A DNA stretch of 63,980 nucleotides, filler included, from Bonamia ostreae (Eukaryota), in NCBI GenBank assembly GCA_040357525.1. It is 5 parts of 5 records of this genome, joined end to end, with 100 filler letters (N's around TTAATTAATTAA, not from the genome) between each part and the next. Parts side by side here need not be neighbours in the genome. Positions count along the whole stretch, not along the records: positions 14,315 to 28,330 come from JBDODL010000009.1; positions 28,431 to 42,028 come from JBDODL010000010.1; 3 more parts are not named here. One strand, 5' to 3'. Each line of letters starts with the position of its first letter. Within the stretch, counting starts at the first letter, position 1. The notes under the pieces were generated by a model. It was not told the origin of the DNA and searched no databases. It worked only from the letters and a program-made list of their open reading frames with translations. Made by a program: the position numbers and the translations under genes. Positions 24,335-35,504 of the stretch are shown here, piece by piece.

Positions 24335-27300
24335 ATGGATGAAAATTACCTGAATAGCCACAATTCGTTGATGCATCGCGTAGACGATGTTTTTAAATCA
24401 CATAAAAAGCCATTTAATCAAGACATCAAAAAAATGAAGAAAAGAAAAACCATTTTTGAGCAATCGATCTCGAGTTCCACCACGTTTTCGCAAAAAAGAA
24501 ACAGTCAAGATGATGCCGACTCAGTGTCTGAAAGAAATTGTTGTGGCTGCTTCTTCAGATACTGCAGAAAAACAAAATATGGCACATGGGATGGCGTGTT
24601 TTTGAGCTGTATTCTCTCGATAATTGGTGTCATCATGTTTTTAAGATTGGGATATATCGTTGGCCAAGCTGGGATATGGCAAACGTGGATCGTGGAATTT
24701 GTATCTGCCTTAGTTGTGTTTCTCACAACCCTGTCCATGTCTGCGCTTTGCAGCAACGGTGAAGTGAAGCATGGCGGCGCTTACTATTTGATATCGCGCT
24801 CTTTAGGCCCAGAGGTCGGAGGTTCAATCGGGATATTGTTTAGCGTTTTTTGAATAGGTCAATTGCAAAATTGAGATAATTAGACCATTCTTACAAAAAA
24901 TTATTTAAATGCCAAAATTTCCCCTAATTTTGCTGCCATTAAAAGCTCGGCAAATCGATTGCCGTTGCCATGCACACGCTTGGAATTGCAGAACCGATAG
25001 TAGACCAAATAGGTTTGCACATAACGAATTCCAAAGCAAACGAATTGCGTGTTTACGGTGCTATCATTTTAGCCGTTTTGGTCATTATCGCTTTTATTGG
25101 CGTGGGCTGGGTCATAAAAATACAATTTTTGATGGCACTGATTCTCGTCGTGACCATTATTTGCTTTATCGTGGGTTGCTTTGTAACGGTCAATCCAAGA
25201 GAATTGATTGTGGGCGTTGGGAAAGGAGCATTTAAACAGAATTTTAATAGCGAGTACACCAAAAACGTCGACATCATCGCCATTTTCGGTGTATTTTTCC
25301 CTTCGATGACAGGAATAATGGCCGGGGCCAACATCTCTGGCGATTTGGCCAACCCTTCGAAATCCATTCCAGTTGGCACTTTATCTGCTATAATCACATC
25401 TTGGGCATTGTACACTTTGATGTCCACATTTCTAGGGAGCACTGCTCTGCGGGGGAATTTGGGAGAGTGTGCCAAATCGACCCCGTTAACAGGGATTTGC
25501 CAAAATCTGATAATGGAGCGAATAGCGATACCGGGACAAATTATTTACGCGGGGATATACGCTGCGACGATTTCTTCAGCGCTGGCGAGTCTTGTCGGCA
25601 GTACAAGAATTTTAACTGTTCTCACCAAAAATTTTTGACAATTAAATTTAAAGAAGGTTGCGAATGATAAAATAGTGTCATTTTTGACTATTTTTTCTAA
25701 AAAACGCAAATCGGGCGAACCTTTGTTTGCGTACGCGCCTGTAACAATAATTTCTTTGGGATGCATAATGGTGGGCAGCATCAACCAAATCGCTACACTT
25801 GTTACAATCGCTTATCTAATTACTTACGCTTCGATCAATATCGCGTGTTTTCAATCAGTTTTTAAGTCATTGTAAACAATCTGGATTTAAATTATTGTTG
25901 CTATGTACATATTTAATATTGTCGCAATACAAAACATTATCTGTAAAGTCCTTTTCAAAATCGCCAGGATGGCGACCCACGTTCAAGTATTACAACAAAT
26001 GGGTCGCATTGATATCTGGACTGAGTTGTTTTGTGTTGATATTTGTGTTAAATTACATCATTGCTATCCCGGCCTCGATCGCAAGTTTGTTACAGTCAAA
26101 AAAAAGCATTTTTAATTTTTTTGATGATATTTCGGAACAGTCCAAATGTCGATTGGGGATCGGCGAATCAAGGCTTCGCAATTATGACGATCGTGAAGCA
26201 ACTTAAGCTATTAAACGGAAAGAAAGAACATGTCAAAAATTTTCGAGTTTTTAAAAAAAAACAATAATTGCTTTGAAACTTGATTTTTTTCTGATTATCC
26301 AAAAATCAATTTCAACAAATTTAAAATAGCCGAACATAATCGTTTTCAGTCAAAATCCAAACAACGACCACAAACTAATTTCTTTTTTGTACACTTTGAA
26401 ACACAGCCACGGAGCAAACTTCATTGGAATTGTTCAAGTTTTTAAATTGATGATAAAGAAACATTTGAGCATATCAGAAATCGACGAAGATTATTTCGAA
26501 TGTGAAGCTTTTGAAAAGAAATTTGTTTTGTTTAGGAATAATTTTGAAACAAATGATTTTTTCTTTGGATGCACCATTTTGCTCAAAACAGTTGGTGTCG
26601 GTTTTTATTAAAGTATTCAAAATCAGTACTTTCGTAAAAGCATTTTTTGGTAACAATGGCGCAAAAGTGTTTTAGTAAAAAAGCCATCTGGCAACAATAT
26701 CAAAAACTTTTATTCTAAAGTACATTAATGACAATAAAGGGCGGATTAAGCCGAACACAATGTTTATAAAACATCCGCACAACTGGCGAGAACCAGAGAC
26801 TCTGCNNNNNNNNNNNNNNNNNNNNNNNNNNNNNNNNNNNNNNNNNNNNNNNNNNNNNNNNNNNNNNNNNNNNNNNNNNNNNNNNNNNNNNNNNNNNNNN
26901 NNNNNACGGCGGATTGTCCATTTTGCTACCGCACATTTTGACCAAAAGTTCGTTTTGGCGCAGGAACACCGAAGGTGGTATGAACGCAGCACCTCTTCGG
27001 TTGTTCATTATTTCAAAGGAACACACGAACAAAAGTTCTGTTGACTCTTTAATGGAGTTTTTGTTATAAATTTCAAAGACGGCTTCGTCTTGAAGGAGTT
27101 GATGTTCATTCTGTTTATCCGACGGGAGATGTTGAAAACGAAAAAAAGTGGGAAAAGGTGGCTGAACTGATGCACAAATATTCAAAAAGAGCAAAAATCG
27201 TATTTGTTTTTTTGCAATTTTATAAAAAGTGTACTTTGCCGAAGCCGCAGGTTAAATTGGGTCCAGATCACTTTTTTGAGATAATGGATAAAATCAGTGA

Positions 27301-27364
27301 AGATATGCCGGCGATGATAATGTTGAGAGGAGAACGCAATGTTTTGACATATAAACAAGAATGA
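24335..27364 (+). CDS. SLC12 cation-chloride cotransporter, copy 2 (tandem paralog; internal N gap)
   Basis: Same motifs as copy 1 (KYGTWDGV, GGAYYLISRSLGPEVGG, FFPSMTGIMAGANISGDL, SPGWRPTF); ends LRGERNVLTYKQE*. Confidence 0.95.
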
Positions 27365-27543
27365 AATAAATTTATAACTGTTTCATCTTTTTCTCGCGGA
27401 CTAATTTTCATAAAATATTTTGTAAAGGGAAACTTAATTTAAAACATATTTATTATTGTTTTATATTCCACCGTTTGTTCAATTTTGAAAAGCTCAATCA
27501 TTTTCTTTGACGAAAAAAATTTCCACTGTTTTTTTTAATTTGT

Positions 27544-27682
27544 GAACCGATGGAAATCTCATGTACGATGCGGGTGATTAACCCAGCCTGTGTGGGACTC
27601 ACTAAGTGCCTACACATTATAACCATCGGTTCTCGTATCAATCCTTTAGAGTGAATCATGGACTATTGGGACCCTCACTTCC
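27544..27682. ncRNA. Candidate structured non-coding RNA (identity unknown)
   Basis: GC-balanced island in AT-rich intergenic DNA. 10-bp closing stem gaaccgatgg/ccatcggttc encloses hairpins gggt-gatta-accc and tgtgtggg...cctacaca. Confidence 0.4.
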
Positions 27683-28518
27683 ATTTTAATTTTTCCGTTT
27701 TTATTCATATGAAACTTATATTTTTTTCTTTTTTAGACTTTTACTAATAACTATTACTGTTTCAAATTAAATTTCTTTGACTTTTTTTCAACAAGATATT
27801 TTGTTTTAAATTCCAAAAGATGTTTTGCCCTTAACCATCTTTAAAATATGACACAGTCAATGTTTTAGTGTTTAACTCAAATTTTTTATGCGTGTAGTAT
27901 CTCAATGATCTCATTAAATGATCTCACTAATATCTAAAAAGACGGTTCCGCATTGTTTCCTGAAACTGGATTATATCTCTATTTTCTTGTTAGTAAATAT
28001 GTCCCCAGAATTCGTCATTTTTAGGAATAATGTAAAACAAGAAATTAAAATATTTGACGAAGATAAAATTAATTACAACGTATTTGAAAAGTACATTAAA
28101 ATATTAAAATGATGGTTACATTACGCCTTTACTTATTAGTTATATTTTGATAATTTGCATAGTTAATATTTGCTTCATTAATTAAAAATCGGCAAAACAA
28201 TTTTATCATCTTAAAAATTACTGAAAATGCTTTTCAAAATTACTATTTAGTTATTTCAAATAAAAACGATTCACTGTTTGTGGAACTATTGCAGCCACTC
28301 GAAGATAGATGCTTCAAGTGTTTTTATATANNNNNNNNNNNNNNNNNNNNNNNNNNNNNNNNNNNNNNNNNNNNTTAATTAATTAANNNNNNNNNNNNNN
28401 NNNNNNNNNNNNNNNNNNNNNNNNNNNNNNTTTAAATTTTATCTAACACAGATGCCAGGCCAATTGGTTTTAATTTATTTTTTTGCTCCATACGGAGTAT
28501 GGTCAGGGAGGAAGAGGG

Positions 28519-29925
28519 CGCTCCTGATTTTTTAATCGTAAATGCAGAACGGTAGAAATTTTAAACACATATCGCGCCTGTTAATATACAGCAAGTGCTA
28601 TATTTTCAAGAAGCGATCAGTTAAATTTATTTCTTAAAAAACAAAAACTCGTAATTTAGGAGTTTAAACATTATATAAAACATAAACCAAATAAAAAATT
28701 AATTTAATGAGTGGTTTTTATGAATATTAAATTTAATAAATTAATTTAATAATTGAAATATAGTTTTATATTTTATGAATATAGTTTCATAAATTAATTT
28801 AATTTAATAAATAAATGGGGAGTTACGTACCCCCCTAAACCGATTCTTTTGATTACAGCCTTGGATAGCCATTTTCGATAAAGATGTGACAAAATATAGC
28901 TAAAGATATGACAAAAAATTATTTCTATTGTAAAAGATTGAAATTGTTTGTTTCGGGTATGCTCTATCATTTTACATGGCGCAGAGAAGCTTCATTTAAA
29001 ACTAAGAATTTTTTAGCAGCATATTTTTTATCGTAATTTTTTAATTTTAAAGGAAGCAAATCCCCAGATGTTTAAAAAATATTTAAATGGGGATTTTAAA
29101 AATTACTGCAACGAGAAAAGAAAATTAGATTTTGTGAGGAGATAATATTGAAATCTCTGCCATATCTCATATTTTTAAAAGAACAATAAATATTTTTCAG
29201 ACAACCTAAGTTTGTTTTTTTAATTTCGAAGAAATTATTGCAAGGATCAACACTAAGTTAGCAACTCTGTTTCAATTATATAAAGAAATAACAATCGTTA
29301 TGACGTAATTTTAATTTAAGGTTGAAATATTAGATTCGATTATTTAATTAAATCTATGTTTTCTGGAGAAAAAGAAATATATAATCTCGTGTAGATTGAA
29401 AAAATTTGTAATTCTTATAGATTCCCATCGATTAATTATTCTTTATTATGAAGTAATTTGTATTTTTGCCAATAATATTTTAATGAATTGTTAAAAGTGT
29501 TTTTATTTTGCCAAAAATATTTTGAAATTTAAAATATTTCTATTTATATTGATAGTTTGTGATAGTTTTAAATTTATTTTTTTTAATTTTGTCTCCAAAA
29601 GGAGAATTATCGGGGGGGGGGGGGGGCTAAGTCCTCTAATGGAGGGATGTTTCAATTAAATATATTGGCACCGTTGAGTTTAGGAATGAACGAAGAAATC
29701 TATTATAAAAAACGGCTCACATCTTTTTATACATTTATTGTAAAATATTTGTGTTCTCAGGAGGAAACCAGATGTCGAAGAGTTGGCAATATTTTTATAA
29801 AACCTCCTACTGCCAAATAACAAACAACTAATTTTGCGACGCTCCTGATTTTTAATGGCGTAAATGCAGAACGGTAGAAATTTTAAACACATAACGTGCC
29901 TGTTAATATATTTTAAGGAAGCGAT
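28519..29925 (+). repeat. Pair of ~90-bp direct repeats (about 28519-28616 and 29840-29925)
   Basis: cgctcctgattttt..cgtaaatgcagaacggtagaaattttaaacacat..cg.gcctgttaatata occurs twice, about 1.3 kb apart. Confidence 0.9.
28930..29319 (+). pseudogene. OTU-family cysteine protease pseudogene
   Basis: KD*NCLFRVCSIILHGAEKLHLKLR (DGNCLFR with TGA at 28939), *GDNIEISAISHIFKRTINIF (TGA at the Trp of WG, 29135), NNRYDVI* (His of the NHY motif lost). Confidence 0.75.
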
Positions 29926-29995
29926 AACAATCAAATATGATTTATAGTAAATTTAACAGTTTACACGTTATTTAAAATACTTGAAATATTCTCGA

Positions 29996-31649
29996 ATGAG
30001 TGGTTTTTCTACAAACAATTTGTCGCCTATTGGAACAAAACCTAAAAAGAAAGAGACTGAACATTCGCAGTTTTTTCCGAATCAACCAGGACGAACCCAG
30101 AACTCTGTCGAAAGCACTTCCTTCGGATCTCATTTGTACGAACGACTCGCATCGCTATCTATTGAAGAGAATTCTTTGTATCCTAAAAATCCTTTGCCTC
30201 CTATTGGAACAAAACCCCCACAGTTGTATGCCGAATATTCGTTATTTAATCAGCCGGAAAGAACCCAGAGCTCTGCAGTAGGCACTTCCTTCGAATTTTC
30301 TTGGAGAAACCCACATGAAAATGACACCTCGCTTTCAGATTTTGATCTTAGCGAGCTAGAAGGCTCGCTGTTTACCGAAGAGAGTTCACAGAATGTTTTT
30401 TTTATTATTCTCAGGAGAATGAGTCCAAAGATTCTCACTCAGTGCATCCGCAATACATTATGAGCTCGGCGGAAACCAAATCCTTGAATTTTGGTTTGCG
30501 GAGTTCACGCGGCCAAGTTCCGACAAATCCAATTAATCACGAAAAGCAACTAAATCAGTGGTTAAGTTTATGTCGTGGACCACGGAAAACTGAATTGCTT
30601 ACTCTTAAAAATTATTTTGTGTTCGACGGAAAATTGTTTTTTATGGATACTTCAGATAGCATAGATATACCAGAATCAAAAAATATACCGGAAGTTAGAA
30701 AAATCATTGTAAACTTGACACATTTAAATATAAAAAACGAAGTGGCGAAAGATTTTAACAAAACAGCAGAGTTCTTAATAAACCAGTTAATGACTCAGGA
30801 ATTACTCAGTAAAGATTGTCACTTTTACAAAACGGATTTTTGTAATAATTACTCGATAGTTATAGTTCCGAGTACAAAATGGAATAGCATCAAATCTTTA
30901 CTCTATAATGTCATCTATTGTGGATTTTATGGTAACTTCGTCGGATGTTTTTTTTTCTGTGGACATTTTGTTCTCGCGTTTCAATACAACGGAATAAAAC
31001 AAAATAAAATATCCTTGAATTCTTTTACCTTGAGGCAAATCGTAGCGTTTCTATGTTTTCTGGAGAATAAGGGATTTAGATTAGTGAAAGAATTTCAATC
31101 TAATGGAATGTTTTTAGATGATCGTGAAAATATAACATTCAATCGATTAGACATAGATACATTGTATAAGGGCCCTGCATACAATGCTGCTATAATCACA
31201 CGATTTCTAACAGGAAATCAAACTATTAAATATGATCAATCAGCACTCCAAGGCGTAATTGATGATATAAACTATTGCGTTCGGGGAAAAAATCGATTTC
31301 TTGCATCGAATATAAAACTGTTAATGGAAAATTTGCTGAGAAGTCCTTTATATTTCTCTGAACCACAACTTCCAAATGTGTTTTTGGTTCAAGTCCGTGG
31401 TAATAATTTTTGTTTTGTTTTCACATTTTAGACATCTTTTTTAATGACGGATCGGTACGTTCAGGCCAAATCAAAGAAGGAAAATGTGAGAATTTTAGAA
31501 AATGGGCATATCACTATTTTGTAACGAAGCAAAACGTATTACCTGAATGGACTGCGCACTATTTAAAAGGGAACAAATTATATTATGTATTCGGAGCAAC
31601 ATATGGAAACATTAACTTCTACGCCTATACAGATGAATCACCATATTAA
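29996..31649 (+). CDS. Hypothetical protein with duplicated PIGTKP motif and a probable pseudokinase domain
   Basis: Two 20-nt introns (30395-30414, 31412-31431) join three ORFs in frame. GHFVLAFQY and LRQIVAFLCFLENKGFRLVKEFQSNGMFLDDRENITF resemble kinase subdomains V-VII without HRD or DFG. Confidence 0.65.
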
Positions 31650-31855
31650 ATCTTCATTGATCTTAATTTTGTTGTATTATTTTCGAATTTTTTCACAAAT
31701 TGAGACATCATTTTATCGATCCATAAATAAAAATTGTGATTTTGACAAATTATCGGATATTATCAAATCAAAAATTTTTCGTAATTATTTTTGTAAGGAA
31801 TTGAAATTTAAGTTTGTAAAGAATCGAAATTTAAGAAATAAAAATGTAAACAGAT

Positions 31856-34800
31856 TTAAATAGAATTGACTACTTTCCCCAACGAACGAGCAATCGTTTG
31901 CTTTTTGCTGCGAATGCGAACATTTCCTTCTATAAAGTTTTCAGCGATTTTTTCGATCGATATGTTCATCAAAACGTAATCTCCTTTTTAAATTTGCAAT
32001 GAATTTTTTTTGGACAAAAATTCAAATTTCCGACAAACCAAAAATGCTTTTGGCGCAAAAATTGGCCGACAGAAAGTTTCCAGAATCGTTAATTAGATAG
32101 TCAGGCGTCAGACATTTCATTCTCGTTGCTCTGACAAGCTTGCTGCGAAAGTCCGAAAGTTCAATGTCGCTGTTTTTCAAGTTTATCTTGTTTTCCCAAT
32201 CGAACTCTGCCCACATTTCCGCAAAATCTCCGTCCGAACATTCCGATGGCCTCAAGAAATCGACGATTTTTAGATCCAATCTTCAATTGAAATTTTGAGA
32301 AGATATTAAGTTTTAGCTCTAAAAATGATTTGCCTTTTCATCCACAAGACGCCAAGTTCCGAAGCGGTTTTGTTGTAAGTCAAACAAGCGAAGATCGCTC
32401 CGCCGTCCGTTGAGACGGCTTTCAATCTAAGAGCGATTTTAGAGCAATCGCCTGAAGCGATTTCAGCGCATTTTTGAGATTCCTCTGATCTCAATCCATC
32501 CGAGCAATAAATTTCTATTTCAATGTTCTTTAAATTTTTGAATTTTTTCCTCTTAAAATTGCAACAAAAACGAGAAAAATGTTAAAATTGTCTCCTAAAA
32601 TTGCAAAAAAATTGTTTTTTCTAATTCGCAAAAATATGTCAAAATTTTGCTTTTTAACTTTAATCGTATTTTCAGTTCGATTGTGAACAAAAAAGTCGAT
32701 AAAAATATCAAAATTCGACAATCTCGTCGTGCATTCAACATAAAGCGGATCTTGATATCCGGTCATTTGATGCACTAATCCACGTTTCAACCAGTTAAAA
32801 TTCTCGACGATTTCTAAAATTTTAAAATTTACTTTTGTTTTTCGAATTCAGAGAATAATCGTTCGTTATAAAGGGAATGTTTATCGGTTCGTCTATTTTT
32901 GACGTCTCCTAATTTTAAAATTTAGCTTTTTTAAAATTTTTTAAATATCGTCTAAACCAAAATTTATAAACTTTATCCAATTTTTTAGAAGATTTTACAT
33001 TCTTTTCTACTTTTTTCGTAAAAGCGTTTTTATATTTTTCTAACGATGTCATCATTAAAATACACTGTGTTATGTTCGAAAACAGATTTTTTTCGATATC
33101 TTTGTTAACTTTCAATATCTTGCACAAACACAAAACGCACTTTGTAAATTTTTGTTTTATTTAGATTTTAATTTTTCGTCGTTATAGCAAAATTATAATC
33201 TCAATTTTTATTTAAAAATCGCAATTTATTTTTTGCGAAATTATCAAAATTATCGTTAATTTTAAAATAAATCGACTTTTGCAGAAAACTCATTAATTAT
33301 TTTATTTTCTTTGTTGTCAAAATTATAAAGTCTCAGAACTAGCTTTGCAAGCGATTTCGCCAAACAAGCAGACATGAAACCATTTTTGTTTTTCATAATT
33401 TCGTTTCGCAAAAGAGTATTTTTGTCGTTCGCCACTTCCAGAAGTTTAACCAAAACGTTTTTAATGCTTTTCGGAGATTTTGAATGTTCGCCCAATATCC
33501 AAATCGACGTTCTTAACACGTTTTGTGTTTTTATTCTGGCCAAATTCGACTTAAAATGAGTTATTTTTAAGACCAAAATTTGCAAATTTTGTTCTAACAA
33601 TTTGCGAAAATTTATAAACGATAAATTTGTCGATAATTAACGGCAGGACATCTTTTCCATTCCCAACGACAGATTTAAGAAAGTTTGAAATATTTTTAGA
33701 ATTTTTGGCAAAACTTTCTCTGACGGCCAAATCAAAAGCGATGTCGATTACATCGGGAATAGCAGCATTTGTTTTCGTTCCGCACTGTTCATAATGAATA
33801 TTTAGTGATAAAATATTTATTTGAAAACTTCGAAAATGGAATTAATAACTAAATTCTTGTAATCTTCAGCCAAATTTTTTTCGAGTTCGCTTATCAAAAA
33901 TGATATTGTTTTTTTCTGATTAGAAGGTGTCATCAAATCCACCGCGATTTTCACCAAAATTTTTTTAGTTTCTTAATTTTGCACAAAATTTAGTTTTTTT
34001 TTAAAATAAACCAAAATCGTTTTTGTCGAAATTTCTGAAAAGTTCTGGGACACTGACAGCCATTTGAGACGGGAATTCGTTTTTATAATTGTCTAAAATT
34101 TCCAAAATGAATATTTTTGCGCTTGTATCGCTCGTTTGGTTCAAAATGTTAGTCATTTGGCTTTAAATAGCAAAAAATAACAGTAAATAGCTTTGAATTT
34201 CTGTCAACGAAGAATTGATTTTTTTGAATGACAACAATACGCGAAAAGCTTCAAATGCGATCGCTAAATTTTGCGACAAAGCTATTTTTTTTAAACATTT
34301 TTTGTAAAATTTGGCGCTTTCTTGAGTAATTTCGGTCTTTTAAAATTAGTAAAAATTGTCAAAGATCATTACAAAAAATATTTAGTAAAAATTTTCGAAA
34401 ATCATTACAAAAAATATTTAGTAAAAATTTTCGAAGATCATTGCAAATTTTTTTATTTTTATTAAACATTTTTAATAAATCGAATGATTTCAGATTGAAT
34501 TAAGTCGCTTTCGTTGTCCAAGTTTTGCCAAATTTTAGACAGAAAAGAATCAGCCATTTCTTCGTTTTTCTGTTTTAGAAAAACAAAATAATTTCTTTTG
34601 CAAGCATCGTCGCTTTCGGTCAACGCCTTTTCCAATAAAGCGTCATTAATTTCTTCAATCACACAGAAGCCGGTTTTTTCAGTTGAAATCAATGCCATTA
34701 ACGCGAATCGACGGCAAACGGCTTCTCCGTGTTCGAGATTTTGGATTAACTCTTGTTTGACCATTTCCAAAATTTGTGGATCCTGGAAAGAGCACAAAAG

Positions 34801-35166
34801 ACGAAGGGTCGCTGATCGTATGTATTCATTCGGATGTTTCAAATCTTGTAATAATCGGTTGCAGACGAGAAGTGTCTCGTCTTTGAAGTGCTCTTTGTCC
34901 GAAACAGTCCAAAAGACTTCCCAGAAATAGAGGCACAACAATTTGATGTCTCTTTCCGGAGACGAAAAACAGAATTTTATGACCGGAATGAGCACTTCTC
35001 GCAATTTGGAGGTATCTTTGATAACCTGCGCAATCAGTTTTTTGAGAGCTATTCTTTTTTTATCGACGTCGTTCGATTCAAGGAAAACAACAATCGAATC
35101 CAGTTTTTCGTTCTCTGAAAAGTTTTCAGAGTTTATCAGTAAAGGACATTTTTTAGCTTTAATCAT
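31856..35166 (-). CDS. COPB1: Coatomer subunit beta
   Basis: LVCNRLLQDLKHPNEYIRSATLRLLC, WILGEHS, QMTGYQDPLYVE, FAEMWAEFDWENKI, FLSANFCAKSIFG, IRSKKQTIARSLG. Confidence 0.95.
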
Positions 35167-35504
35167 TTCGGACTAATAAATTTTATAATATAATTTATTT
35201 GTTTTTGTTAATAAAGGAATGAAAAATTGATTGTTGATTGTCTTTGTTGATAAAGGAATGAAAAATTGATGATTACATTGTTAATAAAACTAAAAGTTAA
35301 ATTAATATAACAATATCTGATGTAATAAACTAGCAAAACATTTAGCCAAATCCTAAAAATAGCTGAACGGGTATATCCAATTTGTTTAAAATTGTTTTTT
35401 TCATTCATAGCTTCGTCTAGGATTATTGTCAAAATTTAATAGTTTGCTTATTATTGCCCTTCTACAGACCTTTTTAATTCCCCCTTTAAATCCCGATAGA
35501 CGAA

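Noticed and set aside
27892-27902. gtgtagtatct, matching the U2 snRNA branch-pairing sequence
   Set aside because: The flanks lack the U2 5' stem-loop (GGCUAAGAUCAA) and stem IIa; probably a chance 11-mer.
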